From assembly GCF_009914755.1 (NCBI RefSeq), contig NC_060930.1: a stretch of 64,000 nt of DNA; one strand, given 5' to 3'. Position numbers and translations under genes: made by a program. Within the stretch, counting starts at the first letter, position 1; each line of letters opens with the position of its first letter. This document shows positions 28,448 through 44,446 of the stretch, one piece after another. This stretch comes from the human T2T-CHM13v2.0 reference genome, Homo sapiens. The notes under the pieces are model-generated. The model did no database searches. It had not been told where the DNA came from and saw only the letters and a program-made list of their open reading frames with translations.

Positions 28448-29141
28448 GTCCCCAGAGCAGCCAAAGCAGCATTAGTGTCACCTGGGAATGTGTTAGAACG
28501 GGGGACACTTGGGGGGTGATTCGCATGCATGCTCAAGTTTGAGAGTCACTTCTCTTTACAGTCACCCAGATTCATTTTGTCAGGAGGACAGAAGCAAAGC
28601 TGTCATCAAAAAGCTTAACTTTCTTACTTACTTGCTAAATCATTTGTTCATTCTTTCATGCATTCACCTCTTATTCAGCTAAGACTTCAGCTGCTGTTAT
28701 GTACCAAAGGGTATAGGAACCCTTCCCAGTCTTCCTGAGCTGCTCCTAGTCCTTATTTAGTTCGTTTTTTATACCAATATAGCTCTTCTTCCTCCTTGTC
28801 CTCTTCGTCCATCACCACTTCGTGTTTTTAGGCTTACTGCAAATCCCAACTTTCTTGTTCTTGTTTTGGTATTGCAAGCTTGCCGGCTGGCTCCATTGGC
28901 TCACTCATTATCCTCTCCATCACATTCTTTTCTTCACTTACTACTGAGTGATGCATATGTCTGTGTTTGTCTGTCTCTCCTAATTTTAGATTTTGATTAA
29001 CCTGTATCCCCAGTGCCCTGGCATATAGTATTTGTTAAGTAAATTAATGGATAAATTCAGAATTGATCCCTTTTTTGCCTTCTGTGCTTTATTCTCCATT
29101 ATGTTATTCCCACCTTGTGCTATTGAAAAAAGGAAACTTCA

Positions 29142-29428
<287 letters not shown>

Positions 29429-29714
29429 TTTGAACTCCACCAAGACGATACATATTTACGATGTGCATCCTCTTTTTTTCCTTTTCAGTTTTACATCTGG
29501 TTCTTTAACCAGCATTTTTATTTTCAGTTTTCTCTATGGTAATTTATCCATCTTCTCTTTTTACAGATAAGATAAATATTATGTTCCTTGGCCAACTCTA
29601 ATCTCAGTTAAATGTCGTCTGTATCCTAATTGGGTGGGAAGAGGGATCCCCCACTCGCATAGTGACACTACTAATGTGATCTGAGTGCTGATCAGTAAAG
29701 ATATTATTTAAACT

Positions 29715-29960
29715 ACATACGTAATTTTAGTTTCTGCAGTCACACTCAAAAGAAGTAGGTGAAATCAATGTTAATATATTTGATTTAATCTACTCCAAAA
29801 CATTTCCACAATTAATACAACATTGTCAATGACATGTTACATTCTGATATTAAATTACAATTAAGTAAAATTAAAATTTATTTTCTTATCCACACTGGGC
29901 ATATTTCAGGTGATCAGTAGCTGCACATGACTAGTGGCTACTGTAATGGAGAACATGGCT
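29715..29960. mobile_element. MER33/Charlie1-like hAT fossil
   Basis: catatttcaggtgatcagtagctgcacatgactagtggctactgtaatgga terminal motif. Confidence 0.6.
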
Positions 29961-31265
29961 TCAATCTCTGAAACACTGGCCACGCTTTTATCCTTGGATT
30001 CTTAGATTTCCATACAGTTGTCTTCTTTTGCCCTCACAGTGCAGACTCCCAGCATTTTCTTTGGGGGTTTTTGTATGTTTCTATTTCTGTATTGTAGTCA
30101 CAACTCTTAAAGCCTCATTAGTCGAAGTGAATAACCGTGTGTTTTATTTTCAACCTCATGTTATCACTCATACTCTGAAATGATGTAAAAATAGGTAACT
30201 GGGGAAATGCAAGCAGAAACAAGCCAGGTCCCAGGGCTTTGTTGATGTGTACTATGTTCATTCAGAATGTTTATGTATTTTTTAATCAAATACATAGAAC
30301 ACTGTGTTCTACATAGTGTTTAGTACAACTAACAGAAGTCACTTTCTGAGATACTTCAGTCACAAAGACTTAATACAGAGAAATGAAGTGTGCATAAAAT
30401 TGGTGGAAGGACTAGAAGAGCAAAAATCAAGGGGCCACTCCGTATTTTTGGCTTCAAGATCAAGCACCGTAAAACTGCAGATGCTGTGCTAGCAGTGCTG
30501 CTCCTGCCCAGTTCTGGTTGCCTTCGAGGGTTGTGACTAGATAGTGGACAGCGGGTCTAGTTGCTGTGGACATGTCTTATCAGTGGAAGCTTCTTGTTGG
30601 CAGAACCTACATTGATGTAAGGGACTCTGAGGCTTTGTTATTCACCCGTTTCCCTATAGTGTGACCTTACTGCTGGTTAGAATACTTCCATATCAGTTAG
30701 TACACAGCTGCTTTTTAGAGCCCCCAAGGGCCTGCAGCTTCTTTCCATATTTTGGTTACTAAAAGCACATCCATGAGCACCAAGACTCCCCTGCTTATCA
30801 TCTGCTATCATAGAGAATCCTTATCCTTTGAGATGATCAAAGGCAAATCCGGTTACAATCTAATCTTGTAGATGGCTATGAAGAAAAACAAGTGGAGTAG
30901 GATTTCTAGTTAATATCTAAGATGTAGCTGCAAAGATAAGGATGCCTTTTCTTGTGTGGCAGGTACTGGTTCCTGCAGGCAATTCCAGAAAGGATTTCAG
31001 TATCTGTAGAGTCAATATTTACCTCTTCAAGAGTGACTAGTTTGATAACAGATACTCCTTTCTTCCTTTCAACCCTTTAGCTGCAAAAGATGTTTATGTA
31101 CTCTTTAAAAACGAATCCTGAAGTATAGTGTTACAGTTCCAAATTTCTGCTCAAATTTCTTACTGTTGAAATTGTTTCCCTCTTAGGCATTTCACTCTCT
31201 TTAAAGGTCTCATAGAATGAGGTTTTGCTTTTCTCCACCCATTCAAAAGGGATGTGTGCTTTTAA

Positions 31266-31598
<333 letters not shown>

Positions 31599-33467
31599 TG
31601 ATAACGTGAGCCCATTCACCCAATCTCTTGATTTTCATAGAGGAGCCAGAATCATGAGGTTTCGTATCAAATGCCCTGCTTTCTAAGTATTGTCTAATAA
31701 TTATAATTAAAAACGGGAAAAAAAAGTGCTCTGGACTGACAGCACATGTTCCTGCTGGAACAGTTAGCCAAAGAGTTGCCAGCTTGTAATGCCTGTCTTA
31801 ACTGTTCATTTAAATTGATTCTCAGCAGCAGCCATCTTGAGGAATATATATATTAGGTGATGTTTTGCCATTTCTGAAAAGAGATCTTTCTAAAAATTTG
31901 AAGAAGTAAATGTGGTGTTTCTGAGACGTTTTTTCCTTGTCAGGAAAGCTGAAATTACACTGTGTATTTTTAATCCCTTGCTGTTTTACCAAGTTCCAAG
32001 TTAGTAGCTGTGGAATTGGTGCTTAAAACTTAGAACAGCAGTTATTTTTATGTGGCTTTCCTAAATAAGCTTCAGATAGTTTGGTAAGGAAGTTGGCTTT
32101 AGTAGTTTGATAACAGTTTGTGGTTTCATGGTCAAACAGTGGCAGTGACATTTTATAATAATGATTTTACTTGGGTGTTTTTGAAACCCTTTGCCTAGTA
32201 TCTACCCTACTTCATACCTGATATGTTACTTCCTTTTTTTCCCTGTTAGAATTTATATTTCCCTTTGTTCTCTTTATGTTTACCTGGAGGACCAGCTTCC
32301 TGACTTTTTCTTAGAATTTGTTCGTTTCCGGGATTGAAGGAAAAGAAAAAAAAAATCCCCCTTGTCAGTTCATCTCTGTTTACTCATTCTGGAGAATTTA
32401 CTTTTTAGAAGCAATCTACATGTATCTATCTAAAGAAGAACAGAATAGAGTGAAAAATTAAGAGAAAAGGACAAGATTAGCCATGTGTAGATATTTAAGA
32501 TTCCTGTTTTCAGGACTGAAAGTTGAGATGCATAGCTCAAAGTCTTTATTTTCTCCATCATGAGGGTGTCGTCTTTTAAATAGCCTTTTAAATACATTGA
32601 ATCTGTATTCTTCTCTCATTTTCTCTTCATCCTCAGCACTTTGTCTTAGAAGATGTCATAAGATTCGTTATTAGTATAGTTAGGATCTTCCCGTGTACTG
32701 AGCTTTGTATGTCACTCCTTTAAAAAGAGTGTCTCAGTGATGAACCTGTTATATTACAGATATTCCATAACAAACATTCCCCTGTTCAAGTTTAAAGCAT
32801 GAATTATCACAAGAGAGTGATTTTAAGGATGTGTAAAAAATTGTGTCAGTAAATATATTGGAATGTGTGATAATATTATCCATGCCTCCAACATGGGCAT
32901 CTGGCATGCATCTGGCATCAACTTTCATCTCCATTTGGGGAGCAGAATTCTCTGAGTCTGGGCACCCACTCCTTTAGCTATGTGGCTGGCCATCACCCTC
33001 ACTTCTGGCTGAGAGCTGGTCAGCATCCGGGTGCAGTGATGTGTGTTGTAGGCTTCATTCTTAAGGAGGAGGGACTCTTTGTCCCTAACTCATTGTGATT
33101 CTCTCAGAAGATAGTGTTGCTAGCTTTCTCTTTGTATGGGACCACAGTGTCATGTGGCACCTGAGTGCAAAGCAGTCATTTAACTGGAATTCTTTAAGGT
33201 AGTAGAAAAGAGGAACTCTTTTTCAGAGTTAGCTGAAGGAAAACTTAGCCTTGGCAAATCGTTTTTAATTATTAATGTGTCAAGTATCTTACTGAATTAA
33301 GGATTCATTACAGCCTACTAACTTGGTTCTGGTCTCATCAAGGTTTTATGTGGATTAAGGTTTGATAGGCTTGGGTAGATTTTGGGGATGGGCTGGGGCA
33401 CTCTTGATTATAGGAGGAAGATTTTGTAGCCTTCAAATGTGTAGTGTCATTAGGGTATGCATTTCTT

Positions 33468-33761
<294 letters not shown>

Positions 33762-34136
33762 AGGGCATGCATTTCTTGGGGTGTTGCAGGGTATGTAGCA
33801 AGCATAAAATGATAACTTAAAGTCTTAAGAACTCCTTTGTTTTGATCCTTCGTCAGTATTTAGTGGGTTGGGTATGAACCCTGCCTTCAAAAGCAGAGTA
33901 AATGACTTGGGACCTGAATTTCCAGAGCTTCGGTAGTATACTGTTGAAACTGTAATATGTAACCTGTCTTCAACGCACATACAGAATGCCTTTTCTAATA
34001 GGGTAATGGAATGTGCTGACTCTGAAGATGAGAAGTTGAGCCTAAAGTAACTACCTATAATGGTTAATTTTAAAATATCTTTAGTGGATTGTTAAACAGA
34101 TGCTGGTTTTTTTACTTGCGAGTTTTAAATTTCTGA

Positions 34137-34529
<393 letters not shown>

Positions 34530-34548
34530 TGATTCCTAAAAATTCATA

Positions 34549-35095
34549 TTGTTGTAGTTTGTTTCGTGTTGCTGTAACAGAATAGCTGAGACGGGGTAAC
34601 TTTAGAAATACAGAAATTTATTGGCTTACATTTCTGGAGGCTTGGTATTCAAAGATTGAGGGACTGCATCTGGCGAGAGCTTTCTTGCTGCATTATAACT
34701 TGGCAAGAGAGCACAAGAAAGTGCTAAGCTCGGTTTTTGTTGTTTGTTTTTCTTTTTTAAGTTTAGTTTTTAAAGAGATGGGATCTGGCTTTGTTACCCA
34801 GGCTGGAATGTAGTGGTGTGATCATGACTTACTGTGTTCTCTAAAGCCTGGGCTAAAGGGATCCTTGTGCCTCAGACTCCTGAGTAGCTGGGACTACAGT
34901 CAGTCACATGCCTCCACGCCTGTCTAAGCTTGCATTTATAACAAACCCACTCCCTAGATAGTGACATTATTCCGTTCACGAGGGCAGATCCCTCATGATG
35001 TAATCACTTCTTAAGATCTCACCCTCTCAGCACTGTTGGATTAGGGATTAGGTTTCCAACACATGAACTTTGGGGGCCACATTCAGATCATACTG
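34549..35095 (-). mobile_element. MST/MLT1A-type MaLR LTR interrupted by an Alu right arm (about 34733-34923, - strand)
   Basis: tgttgctgtaacagaatagctgagacggggtaa ... ggtttccaacacatgaactttgggggccacattcaga; ctaagct flanks the Alu arm. Confidence 0.8.
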
Positions 35096-35956
35096 CAGGG
35101 TCATAATTTATGTATGTGCTTTGGAAAGAGCATTTTCACTTTATTTTTTAGAATGATACGAATTGCTAGTTAGCTATACTTGTAGATTTAATTACTCCTA
35201 CTCTACACATCCTTTTATGTGCATGATTTTAGAATCATCAGCAAAAAAATATGCCTTTTGTCTACAGTAGGGTGATGGGGAAAGGGGAAGACTGAGAGGG
35301 ATTGTATGTGCTTGACTTCCTTCTTATGGAAAATAAAAATCTATGGTGGAGACTGATGCCAGCCTCAGTTCCAACTTTATCTAGTCTGCTTTTCCAACCT
35401 GCACGTTGAAGCAATTACATTTTTCTGATGATGCTAATAACATGTTTTAATTCTTCAGTTAAAACATCCATGTGTTTACTTAAGTGTTGTTTTTCTGCAG
35501 AAAACCCCCTGAGTCAGATTTTGCTGTGTGTATTTACTGCCAGTGCCTTTACTTGACACTAGGGATCTTTTTAGCTATAGAAACCAGTGGAGTCCAGAGT
35601 TCTTGAGGGTTTTGGAGTTTCCTCAAATTTCTAATTCTCTTCCTCAGAGTTTTTCTTTATGGAGGCAACTACAACAACAACAAAACTCAAAACCGGTATA
35701 TTTTTACCTAGCCATTGAAAGGTCATCTGAGATGCCTCTTTACAAAAGGAAAGCCAGTCCCCCTTCAGAATCTGTCTGCTGTGTTCACGGAAAGGGCAGC
35801 CCAAGAAAAGATGAGTGGAGATTCTGTGCTGGTGGGACCCTGAAGGCTGAGTCTTGTTTTTAGTTCTAGATGTTGTTTTTCTTTTTCTTTTGATCATTGT
35901 GGTGGGTGAGATTGTTTTTTTTTTAAATGATATATTTACATAGTTTATAACATATA

Positions 35957-37896
35957 TTTTTTTGTTTGTTTTTATTTATTTTTATTGATCATTCTTGGGT
36001 GTTTCTCACAGAGGGGGATTTGGCAGGGTCATAGGACAATAGTGGAGGGAGGGTCAGCAGATAAACAAGTGAACAGAGGTCTCTGGTTTTCCTATGCAGA
36101 GGACCCTGCGGCTTTCCGCAGTGTTTGTGTCCCTGGGTACTTGAGATTAGGGAGTGGTGATGACTCTTAACGAGCATGCTGCCTTCAAGCATCTGTTTAA
36201 CAAAGCACATCTTGCACCACCCTTAATCCATTTAACCCTGAGTGGACACAGCACATGTTTCAGAGAGCACAGGGTTGGGGGTAAGGTCACCGATCAACAG
36301 GATCACGAGGCAGAAGAATTTTTCCCAGTACGGAACAAAATGAAAAGTCTCCCGTGTCTACCTCCCTCTACACAGACATGGCAACCATCCGATCTCTCAA
36401 TCCCTTCCCCACCTTTCCCCCCTTTCTATTCCACAAAACCGCCATTGTCATCATGGCCCGTTCCCAATGAGCTGCCGGCTACACCTCCCAGACGGGGCGG
36501 TGGCCGGGCAGAGGGGCTCCTCACTTCCCTGTAGGGGCGGCCGGGCAGAGGCGCCCCTCACCTCCCAGACGGGGCGGCTGGCCGGGCGGGGGGCTGACAC
36601 CCCCACCTCCCTCCCGCACGGGGCGGCTGGCCGGGCAGAGGGGCTCCTCACTTCCCAGTAGGGGCTGCCGGGCAGAGGCGCCCCTCACCTCCCGGGCAGA
36701 GGCGCCCCTCACCTCCCGGACGGGGCTGCTGGCCGGGCGGGGGGCTGACCCCTCCACCTCCCTCCCGGTCGGGGCGGCTGGCCGGGCGGGGGGCTGACCC
36801 CCCCCACCTCCCTCCCGGACGGGGTGGCTGGCCGGGCGGGGGGCTGACCCCCCCACCTCCTTCCCGGACGGGGCGGCTGGCCAGGCGGAGGGGCTCCTCG
36901 CTTCCCAGTAGGGGCGGCCTGGCAGAGGCGCCCCTCACCTCCCAGACGGGGCGGCTGGCCGGGCGGGGGGCTGACCCCCCCACCTCCCTCCCGGACGGGG
37001 CGGCTGGCTGGGCGGGGGCTGACCCCCACCTCCCTCCCGGATGGGGTGGTGCCAGGCAGAGACGCTCCTCACTTCCCAGACGGGGTGGCTGCCGGGCGGA
37101 GGGTCTCCTCACTTCTCAGACAGGGCGGCTGGGCAGAGACGCTCCTCACCTCCCAGACGGGGTCACGGCCCGGTAGAGGCGCTCCTCACATCCCAGACGG
37201 GGCGGCGGGGCAGAGGCGCTCCCCACATCTCAGACGATGGGCGGCTGGGCAGAGACTCTCCTCACTTCCTAGATGGGATGGCGGCCGGGAAGAGGCGCTC
37301 CTCACTTCCTAGATGGGATGGCGGCCGGGCAGAGGCGCTCCTCACTTTCCAGACTGGGTAGCCAGGCCGAGGGGCTCCTCATGTCCCAGACGATGGGCGG
37401 CCAGGCAGAGACGCTTCTCACTTCCCAGACGGGGTGGCGGCCGGGCAGAGGCTGCAATCTCGGCACTTTGGGAGGCCAAGGCAGGCGGCTGGGAGGTGGA
37501 GTTTGTAGCGAGCCGAGATCACGCCACTGCACTCCAGCCTGGGCACCATTGAGCACTGAGTGAACCAGACTCCGTCTGCAATCCCGGCACCTCGGGAGGC
37601 CGAGGCTGGCGGATCACTCGCGGTTAGGAGCTGGAGACCAGCCCGGCCAACACAGCGAAACCCCGTCTCCACCAAAAAAATACGAAAACCAGTCAGGCGT
37701 GGTGGCGCGCGCCTGCAATGGCAGGCACTCGGCAGGCTGAGGCAGGAGAATCAGGCAGGGAGGCTGCAGTGAGCCGAGATGGCAGCAGTACAGTCCAGCT
37801 TCGGCTTGGCATCAGTGGGAGACCGTGGAAAGAGAGGGAGAGGGAGACCGTGGGGAGAGGGAGAGGGAGAGGGGGGAGAGGGAGAGGGAGAGGGGC
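35957..37896 (-). mobile_element. Full-length SVA retrotransposon (SVA_C/D-like), antisense to JARID2
   Basis: On the + strand: T-rich tail with tttattgatcattcttgggtgtttctc (SVA 3' end), SINE-R about 35980-36480, GC-rich VNTR about 36480-37450, Alu-like region about 37450-37815, (GGGAGA)n hexamer about 37830-37895. Imperfect TSD taacatatatt (35948-35958) / taacttatatt (37897-37907). Confidence 0.97.
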
Positions 37897-38605
37897 TAAC
37901 TTATATTGTTTAGAATGGAACCATTACAGAGACTTTCATCCTGTTCTGAATGTGAAGGTGGCCCTGCCTATCTCCTTTCTCATTTTGCCCTTTTATTCCA
38001 CTCAGTTCTTCTTGTAAAGTGTGTATTTGCCCCATCAGTCTCTCAGTATGTGTAGAAACCAGAATGGATGGATTTTGGTCATTTGGGTGTGGACTTGTGG
38101 TCAGAAACTCTTTGGAAGGATGGTTATGGAGGTGAGGATTATTTGTTTGAGGAATGAAACGATAATGTACAGTTAATTTGGTGATGGTATATTTTTAGAT
38201 GCAAGTAAATACGAGATCTGAAGTGTACGATTCAAAAGAGGTCATCTGAGTTGGCGACTAAAATAGAGAGCAAGATTAACTGTTTATTTTTATCTGTGGG
38301 TGAGTAGGGGGAAGAGGGTAGAAAAATTTCACGAGAACAGTGGTTCTTAAGCGGGTTTTGTGGAGACTGTGGTGCAGCATAAGAGTATAGACTGGGGCCA
38401 GGCTGTGTGACTTCTCATTATATCTTGAACATTTACTTGTTGTGTTATATAATGCAACAGGTATTGTATCATACCTGTTGGGCAGGTTATATAATATGTC
38501 TGGGCCTTAGTTCTCTCATCTGAAAGATGTGAATCACAGTAGTAACTGCCTGATGGTGTTTTGTGACCTGAATAAATTAATTCTTGAAGAGAATTTTGGT
38601 GTATT

Positions 38606-38928
38606 GGTTGGGTGCAATGGCTCACACCTATAACCCCAGCACTTTGGGAGGCTGAGGCCGGCCGGCCACTTGAATCCAGGAGTTGGAGAGACCTGCGTGG
38701 GCAATATGGCGAAACTCCATTTCTACCAAAAAATACAAAAAAAATTAGCTGGGCCTGTTGACATGAGCCTGTAGTCCCAGTTACAGGAGGGTGAGATGAG
38801 AGGATCGTTTGAGTCTGGGAGATGGAGGTTGCAGTTAGCTGTGATCGTGCCATCACACTCCATCCTGGGGGACAGATCCAGACTCTGTCTCAAAAAAAAA
38901 CTAAATAAGCGAATAAATAAATAAAAAA
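38606..38928 (+). mobile_element. AluJ-like inserted in a MIR (about 38350-38970)
   Basis: Divergent dimer; upstream tctgggccttagttctctcatctgaaagatg MIR core. Confidence 0.88.
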
Positions 38929-39363
38929 TTCTCATGTATAAATGGTACTCTGTATGTTAGATGTTAGTAGCCATTGTCAGTATATGTGACACATGAATTG
39001 CTACATGTGAGTATGCACATCCTTTCGAGACTTCTCTGACTTGTTTCAGAGGGTTTTTAATTTACACAAATGATTTATATCTTTCCTCTCTGTCAGCCCT
39101 ACCACAGCCATCTGTAGGCAGATGGAAATGTATGGGTACTCCCTCTTTTGAAGTTATTGAGTCACGGGAAGGACCCTGTGGTGTATGTTGTAAATTTCCT
39201 CTGCCGAGCTTGGTGCGACCTAGTATTTGCCTGAATGGAGCAGGCAAGAGTGGTGGGGTGAGGAGATTCCATCGTGGCTGCTCATGCATTAGTCATTGCT
39301 TCACCTTAGGGAGAGACCCAGAACCCTAATGTTTAGTGTTGGGATCTCTTGTTAACTATATTC

Positions 39364-39663
39364 CTCTTTTTTTTTTTTTTTTTTGGTAAGACAGTCTTGC
39401 TCTGTCGCCAGGCTGGAGTGCAGTGGCATGATCTCGTCTCACTGCACCCTCCGCCCTCCCGAGTTCAAGCCATTCCATGCCTCAGCCTCCTGAGTAGCTG
39501 GGACTACAGGTGCATGCCACCACACTTGGCTAATTTTTGTATTTTTAGTAGAGACGGTTTCACCATGTTGGCCAGGATGGTCTCTATCTCCTAACCTCGT
39601 GATCGCCCGCCTCGTCCTCCCAGAGTTCTGGGATTACAGGCATATGAGCCACTGTGCCCGGTC
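39364..39663 (-). mobile_element. AluSc-like
   Basis: ctctgtcgccaggctgg and ggccaggatggtctc; TSD aactatattc 39354-39363 / 39664-39673. Confidence 0.93.
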
Positions 39664-40559
39664 AACTATATTCTTTAGAAGGGTATATTGCTTTTTGTGT
39701 ACTAACAGACTTTAAAATAAAAACTCTTAAGAGTTTCTATTTAACTAGTACAGAAGTACCGACTCTGTCTCTAAAGGGATGTAACTTTTTTGTTAAACAA
39801 GGAGCTGCTGTATTTTAGTTAGGCTTTCGATCCAATAGGACTTAGTTTAAACACTGTTTGTCCTATTAGATTGAATTTTGAATGTAAAGAATCATTGGAA
39901 GTGTATGGATTTCATAACTCAGTGTACTCTGAGATATGACATGCCTCTGGATATGAAGACATGTTGAAAGTGGTGAGAATTCTCTCAGGCTTTTAACAGG
40001 TATGATATTCACAGCTACATTGTCTGCACGACTGTGTTCCTTATTCTTTTTGGTCTGAGTTACTTTGATGGTATAAAATACTTTTATTTACTTCGAGTTT
40101 GAAAGGAAGATAAGCCCAAATGTATACGAATCTTCTTGATAGCATGCATGAATTGGGATTATTCAAAGTGAGCATCCTTAATAATTGGAATTATATTAAA
40201 TAAGTGCCTAGTTTTTACTCATTCCTGTATCAAAAATAAATTAGTAGTATAATTTACTATTAAATGCAAAAAAGTGAAAGCAAAACAATCAGCAAAAGGC
40301 TTAACATTTCTCTTAACCCTTGATTTATATTTAGAAGCTTCCACTGATCAGGTTATTTGGAGTTTATTTTGTTCTTACAACCTGGAGATATATTTTATAA
40401 ATAAGAGAAGTACTAGTTTAATTTTCAACTTTAGAGTTATCATGGGTGAAATGTACTCTCTACTACAGAAAGTAAAGAAAAATTGAGTAATAGATTATGA
40501 TGTGGCAGTTTTGAACACAAAAGATGTGGAAGTAAATATAAAGTAAATATGGGTAAATC

Positions 40560-42460
<1,901 letters not shown>

Positions 42461-44134
42461 CTGTTCTTTGAATGTTGAATGAGAGTGTGAGAGAGACACG
42501 TACCATCAGGAAATGGAACTAGCCACGGTCATAGCTTTTCATTTAGTTTTGTTAGTCTTTAAAAAAAAAAAAAGGTGAACAGCGTAAGTAAGCCCTGACT
42601 CCAAGAAAAAAAATTCAAAATTAATAAACATAAGCATTCGGCCTATAATAAAAATAGTAAACTCCATTCCATAATAAAGCCTGTGACTATTAGAAGTCCT
42701 TCTTTGAAGCTATGTAATCTGTCTCTTCCGTTAGGAAGAACTGACCTTAGCCTAGATAATATTGTGCTAAAAATTTTTACCTTAATTCTTTTGAAATACC
42801 TGTTTTTAAGGTTTTACCACCCTCACTTGGCAGCTGAGTTAATAGGATTTGGATCTAAGCTTTCACATCTATAATGCCTGGACTTTGCCACTGTACCATG
42901 TCACCTTCCATAAGTTGTAGCAAATGTAGGTCTGAATTTTCAGGTGTGTGCATCTGGACAGCAGTTGGCTTGGTGAGCTGTACTGGGGGTGGGGGTGCAG
43001 TTTGAACTGGGGTCTGGCCTGGTCCACAACTGTGCTGAGGGGCACCTCTTGCTGTCATGCCTAGTGTTACTCTTCAGCTGACCTCTTCTAGTAAATAATC
43101 TCTTCTGCCAAGGGATGTATTCCTTCTTTTCTGAAGTACATGAAATGCCTTGCTTCATTATAAACTGAGCGATGGATAGAAAGGGGAAAAGTTTTAGCTT
43201 ATCTTGAGCAGAACCTACAGCTCCCGAAATCCTCTCTTGGGTCCTCCAATGTTAGAGGTCCTTTTGTTTAAGGACCCTGGAGAGAAGCGCGTCCAGGAGA
43301 GGGCCCAGCTCAGCTGACTGTTGTTTCAGGTAGCTGCTGCAAGTAGATCTGTGATTACTTGTTGATTTTAGTGGGTGGTTCTCTGTCCTTCTGGACGAAT
43401 ACTCTTTTTCTTTACTTTTCCTGCAGTGAGCTGGAGTTGGTAGGTTTGGGGTGGCTCACATCACAGTGCTTGCTTGTGCATATTCACCTTTCCCATGGAA
43501 ATCTTCCAAGTGTGGGAGGGAAGTTTGTATTTCACGCACTGTGCCTTCACCTTGATCAGCAAGGTGAACCTGAGTTCCTGGGTTTCAGTGTCTGAGGTTG
43601 GATAGCACAGAGCTAAGGAAGCGTTTTCTGAGTGTGCCAGCAATTCTCGCTGGGCTGTGCATGCTCTGTTTCCTGGAGGCTGCACATGCTGCTCATCGAC
43701 ATTCGTGGTCAGGTTCTTTCCCTGCAGCAAAAACCCTTGGTTCAGACCTCATTTAACTCACAATTTCTCACCTCTGCTCTAGGGGTACCCAAGATGGTGG
43801 CTGTGTCTCCCCACTTCTGCTTCCCCATCAGGAAATAGAGCCCCACCATGGGTGTCTACACAATAGATGAAGCTGGTCAAATAAACACGAAATCTGACTG
43901 GTTTTGTGTGGGCTTCCCCGCTCCCCCTCCCTCTCTCAGAATTTTAAGTGCTTGGCAGAATACTGCTTATGTGACTCTGTTTTGGGATTATAAAACAATC
44001 TTTTGTATTGCTCCAGTTTACAGGAAGCAGCTCCTTTTTTCTCATTAATGACGCCTGTTGTTGAGTCCATCTTGTCTTCTCATGGGTTAGGCCTACTTGA
44101 CTATGCTATCAAGGCTTACAGGTGTAGCCTAGTC

Positions 44135-44446
44135 TTTTTTTTTTTTTTTTTTTTAAACATTTATTTGAGACAGGGCCTGGCTCTGTTGCCCAGGCTGGAG
44201 TGCAGTGTTACGATATCGGCACACTGTAACCTCCGCGTCCTGGGTGCAAGTGATCCTCCTGTCTCAGCCTCCAAGTAGGTGGGACTACAGGTATGTGCCA
44301 CCACGTCCAGCTAATTATTTTCATTTTTTGTAGAAGTAGGTTTTCACCATGTTGCTCAGGCTGGTCTCGAACTCCTGGGCTTGGTTGATCTGCCTGACTC
44401 AGCCTCCCATTGTTGGGATTACAGGTGTGAGCCACTATGCCTGGCC
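44135..44446 (-). mobile_element. AluJ-like
   Basis: Full dimer, antisense. Confidence 0.9.

Noticed and set aside
30300-30560. Possible old LTR fragment
   Set aside because: Resemblance too weak to assign without a search.
36480-37450. Regularly spaced ~40-50-bp repeats resembling a CRISPR-like array
   Set aside because: This is the SVA VNTR: no unique spacers, eukaryotic context.
36154-37772. Many overlapping Pro/Gly/Arg-rich ORFs
   Set aside because: Products of the stop-poor GC-rich SVA VNTR and Alu-like region.
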